A stretch of DNA of 64,000 nucleotides, from positions 147,581 to 211,580 of the forward strand of contig JBCBUK010000009.1 in the NCBI GenBank assembly GCA_039818205.1. The letters run 5' to 3'. This stretch comes from Verrucomicrobiota bacterium (GTDB lineage: Bacteria; Verrucomicrobiota; Verrucomicrobiia; Opitutales; Cerasicoccaceae). The translations under genes were made by a program, and so were the position numbers. Below, piece after piece: positions 62,259 to 64,000 of the stretch. The notes under the pieces were generated by a model. It had not been told where the DNA came from and searched no databases. It was given only the letters and a program-made list of their open reading frames with translations. How positions within the stretch are numbered: the first letter of the stretch is position 1; every line of letters starts with the position of its first letter.

Positions 62259-62290
62259 ATCTCTGGTGTTGTGTTTGCTGGTTTTGATAT
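62259..62290. repeat. 32-bp direct repeat, copy 1
   Basis: ATCTCTGGTGTTGTGTTTGCTGGTTTTGATAT, identical to 63939-63970. Confidence 0.92.
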
Positions 62291-62533
62291 GCAACTTCCC
62301 GCGATCACCCGCAATTCAATTGTATTACGAGATTTTGGCCATTTATCGCTACCTGCCTGTGCTACTGCCCTCGATGCGGACAAATTGTAATACCGGGTCT
62401 CAAATTTATGTTGCCGAGATGGTTGCGGAATAACTATGGTCAGATTCATGTGCCTGACCCAAATCAATGGCAAAGCCGGTAACAATCGCATTGTACGCGT
62501 ATACTAACCTGATCGATATTAATTGAATATAAA

Positions 62534-62944
62534 ATGAAAAAGAGGTTTCTATTACTTTCCGCATCATTGATCTGCTTCGTGCTACCTCCGCTCTCGAGCG
62601 CTGAAGAAGAAAACGAAAAAGAGAGCTACCTTGAACGAGCCAAGCGGGCTTACGAAGATATGACATCCGATGATAAGGACCTTTCCGAAGAAACTAAACA
62701 GTGGGTCCAAGAAGACCTAGAGCGCATTGGTGATTGGGAATATAAAGTCATCGAAATAGAGCTTTCAAACGCGCAAACCCTCGAAGATGAACTGAACCTT
62801 CATGGTGCTGAGCGATGGGAGTGTTTCTTTATCACACAGTCGACAAAGAAGCTCACAATCATGTTCAAGCGTCAGAGCATAAGTTATATTCAGAAAGCTT
62901 CAAAACTTGATTGGTCTCGATTGGTCGGAGGCTCCGAAAACTAA
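62534..62944 (+). CDS. Secreted DUF4177-like protein (cassette-like gene)
   Basis: Signal peptide; WEYKVI...LEDELN..GAERWE pattern. Confidence 0.7.
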   Translation: MKKRFLLLSASLICFVLPPLSSAEEENEKESYLERAKRAYEDMTSDDKDLSEETKQWVQEDLERIGDWEYKVIEIELSNAQTLEDELNLHGAERWECFFITQSTKKLTIMFKRQSISYIQKASKLDWSRLVGGSEN

Positions 62945-63009
62945 CTCGAACTAGACGCCGCACTCAACTGCGGGACTACGTCCCTCAATGAGTGCGCTCT
63001 TAGTAGGAA
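62945..63009 (+). mobile_element. Integron attC-like site (degenerate R')
   Basis: R'' CTCGAAC, 5-nt spacer, L'' GCCGCACT, inner GGGAC/GTCCC stem, L' AGTGCGC, 5-nt spacer, R' GTAGGAA. Confidence 0.72.
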
Positions 63010-63025
63010 GAAATAAAGAAAAGAT

Positions 63026-63538
63026 ATGTGCCCAGGATATTTCAAAATAAAAGCCGGAAAAGAAGCATCAGTTGGACAATTAATTGCTTGGATTGGAAAG
63101 GAATTACTGAAGGGGCCGATAGAGGTGTCCCAGTTGGAAGCCTATAACGAATCAACTGAAAATGGTAATTGGTTGGGCCGCTCATTTATAGTATCCCAAC
63201 AGGGGCAATGGACAGTGTTTGAAGACATCACAGGCTTTATTTATTCAGAAGGAACTGATGCTTGGAGTAGATTGGCAAAAGAATATGATCTAGTTGTGGC
63301 GGGGTACAATGATTCCATTCTGCTAGGGAGGCTAATCATTATCGAAGAAGGGAAAGTGGTAAGGGAATTCTTTGAACATGAGAAAGATCGATCTGACGAT
63401 GTTAACGAGGGTCCCTCCCCTTACGAAGACGATTCACCTATCGGGCAATGGTCAGATCTAGAAGAGTTTGTGTACGATGAAACGTATGGATATGAGGTGA
63501 ATGAAGGGACCTTATATGTATTCAAAGATGATTCCTAA
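63026..63538 (+). CDS. Hypothetical acidic protein (probable gene cassette)
   Basis: 170-aa AT-rich ORF starting 16 nt after the attC-like site; its stop codon lies inside TTCCTAAC (R''-like). Confidence 0.7.
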   Translation: MCPGYFKIKAGKEASVGQLIAWIGKELLKGPIEVSQLEAYNESTENGNWLGRSFIVSQQGQWTVFEDITGFIYSEGTDAWSRLAKEYDLVVAGYNDSILLGRLIIIEEGKVVREFFEHEKDRSDDVNEGPSPYEDDSPIGQWSDLEEFVYDETYGYEVNEGTLYVFKDDS

Positions 63539-63709
63539 CTAGGGGTAAAAATGAAACTTTGGGCTTGTGCCTAGTGTATGGGATGCATGCAAATATAGAC
63601 AAAATGCGACAGGATGAAAAAATCGCCGATACCCAAATCTCTTCAATCCCAGTGATAGCCTTCGATAGGGCATAAATAAAGGCCTAGCGGCGAACTAGAC
63701 CTAAAGTAA

Positions 63710-63727
63710 TGGCGGAGAAGGAGGGAT
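63710..63727 (-). mobile_element. tRNA 3'-end fragment (probably Ser), att-like island boundary
   Basis: Minus strand reads ATCCCTCCTTCTCCGCCA; similarity to a tRNA stops inside the T-loop, with no GTTCG upstream. Confidence 0.7.
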
Positions 63728-63938
63728 AGCAAACAATTAGCTTAAAATAGGGGAGTATGGGGATACAAGTTACGCTGAGTTACTACATTTAGTCGCTCGC
63801 AGTATTTCGATCCACCGGAATGGCTGGCTCGGTAAGTTGTTCCTGGGCAACTTTGAGGCGAGTTCTCGATCCAATGGATCAAGGCCTATGTATCTAGTTG
63901 TTAGTGGTTTTGATCACTGATCTTAAAATTGAGACTCG

Positions 63939-63970
63939 ATCTCTGGTGTTGTGTTTGCTGGTTTTGATAT
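63939..63970. repeat. 32-bp direct repeat, copy 2
   Basis: Identical to 62259-62290, 1680 bp away. Confidence 0.92.
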
Positions 63971-64000
63971 ACGCCCCGGCCCAAAATGGCCAAAAACCTC

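Noticed and set aside
61668..62533. Short ORFs 62228-62491 and 62406-62666, and a possible second att remnant near 62000
   Set aside because: No recognisable protein features, and the resemblance to the tRNA fragment is too weak to call.
63690..63800. Complete tRNA gene
   Set aside because: Only the last 18 nt match; no T-loop GTTC, anticodon arm or D arm is recoverable.
62259..63970. CRISPR array suggested by the 32-bp repeat
   Set aside because: Only two copies, 1.7 kb apart, with no spacer pattern and no cas genes.

Overview
A 64 kb bacterial chromosomal segment, most likely from Verrucomicrobiota (Opitutales-like). This is an inference from three PEP-CTERM proteins, two sulfatases and a long-tailed SecG. 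1-15.4 kb is mostly housekeeping: a squalene-hopene cyclase running off the left edge (absent from the ORF track), an HpnG-like phosphorylase, a minimal kinase with a PP2C phosphatase, fmt, LysM, parB, secG, trpF, a split pta and murJ. The rest is accessory. 15.8-28.5 kb is a sulfated-glycan utilisation locus. 28.5-39.0 kb is a tight nine-gene operon joining a PspA/IM30 (ESCRT-III-like) protein, a Vps4/Cdc48-type AAA ATPase, a secreted vWA protein, two solute-binding-protein/OmpA fusions and a NitT/TauT ABC transporter; it is the best candidate for an uncharacterised system. Next come a two-component system divergent from a PEP-CTERM protein with GH64-like motifs, a rearranged Nit1C nitrilase/radical-SAM cluster next to a LacI regulator, a BspA-type LRR protein, a non-phosphorylative L-fucose-type catabolic cluster with lldD, and a second sulfatase. 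The right end holds mobile-element traces: a degenerate integron attC site between two cassette-like genes, a tRNA 3'-end fragment (att-like) and a 32-bp direct repeat. All calls come from reading motifs by eye; no database search was run.
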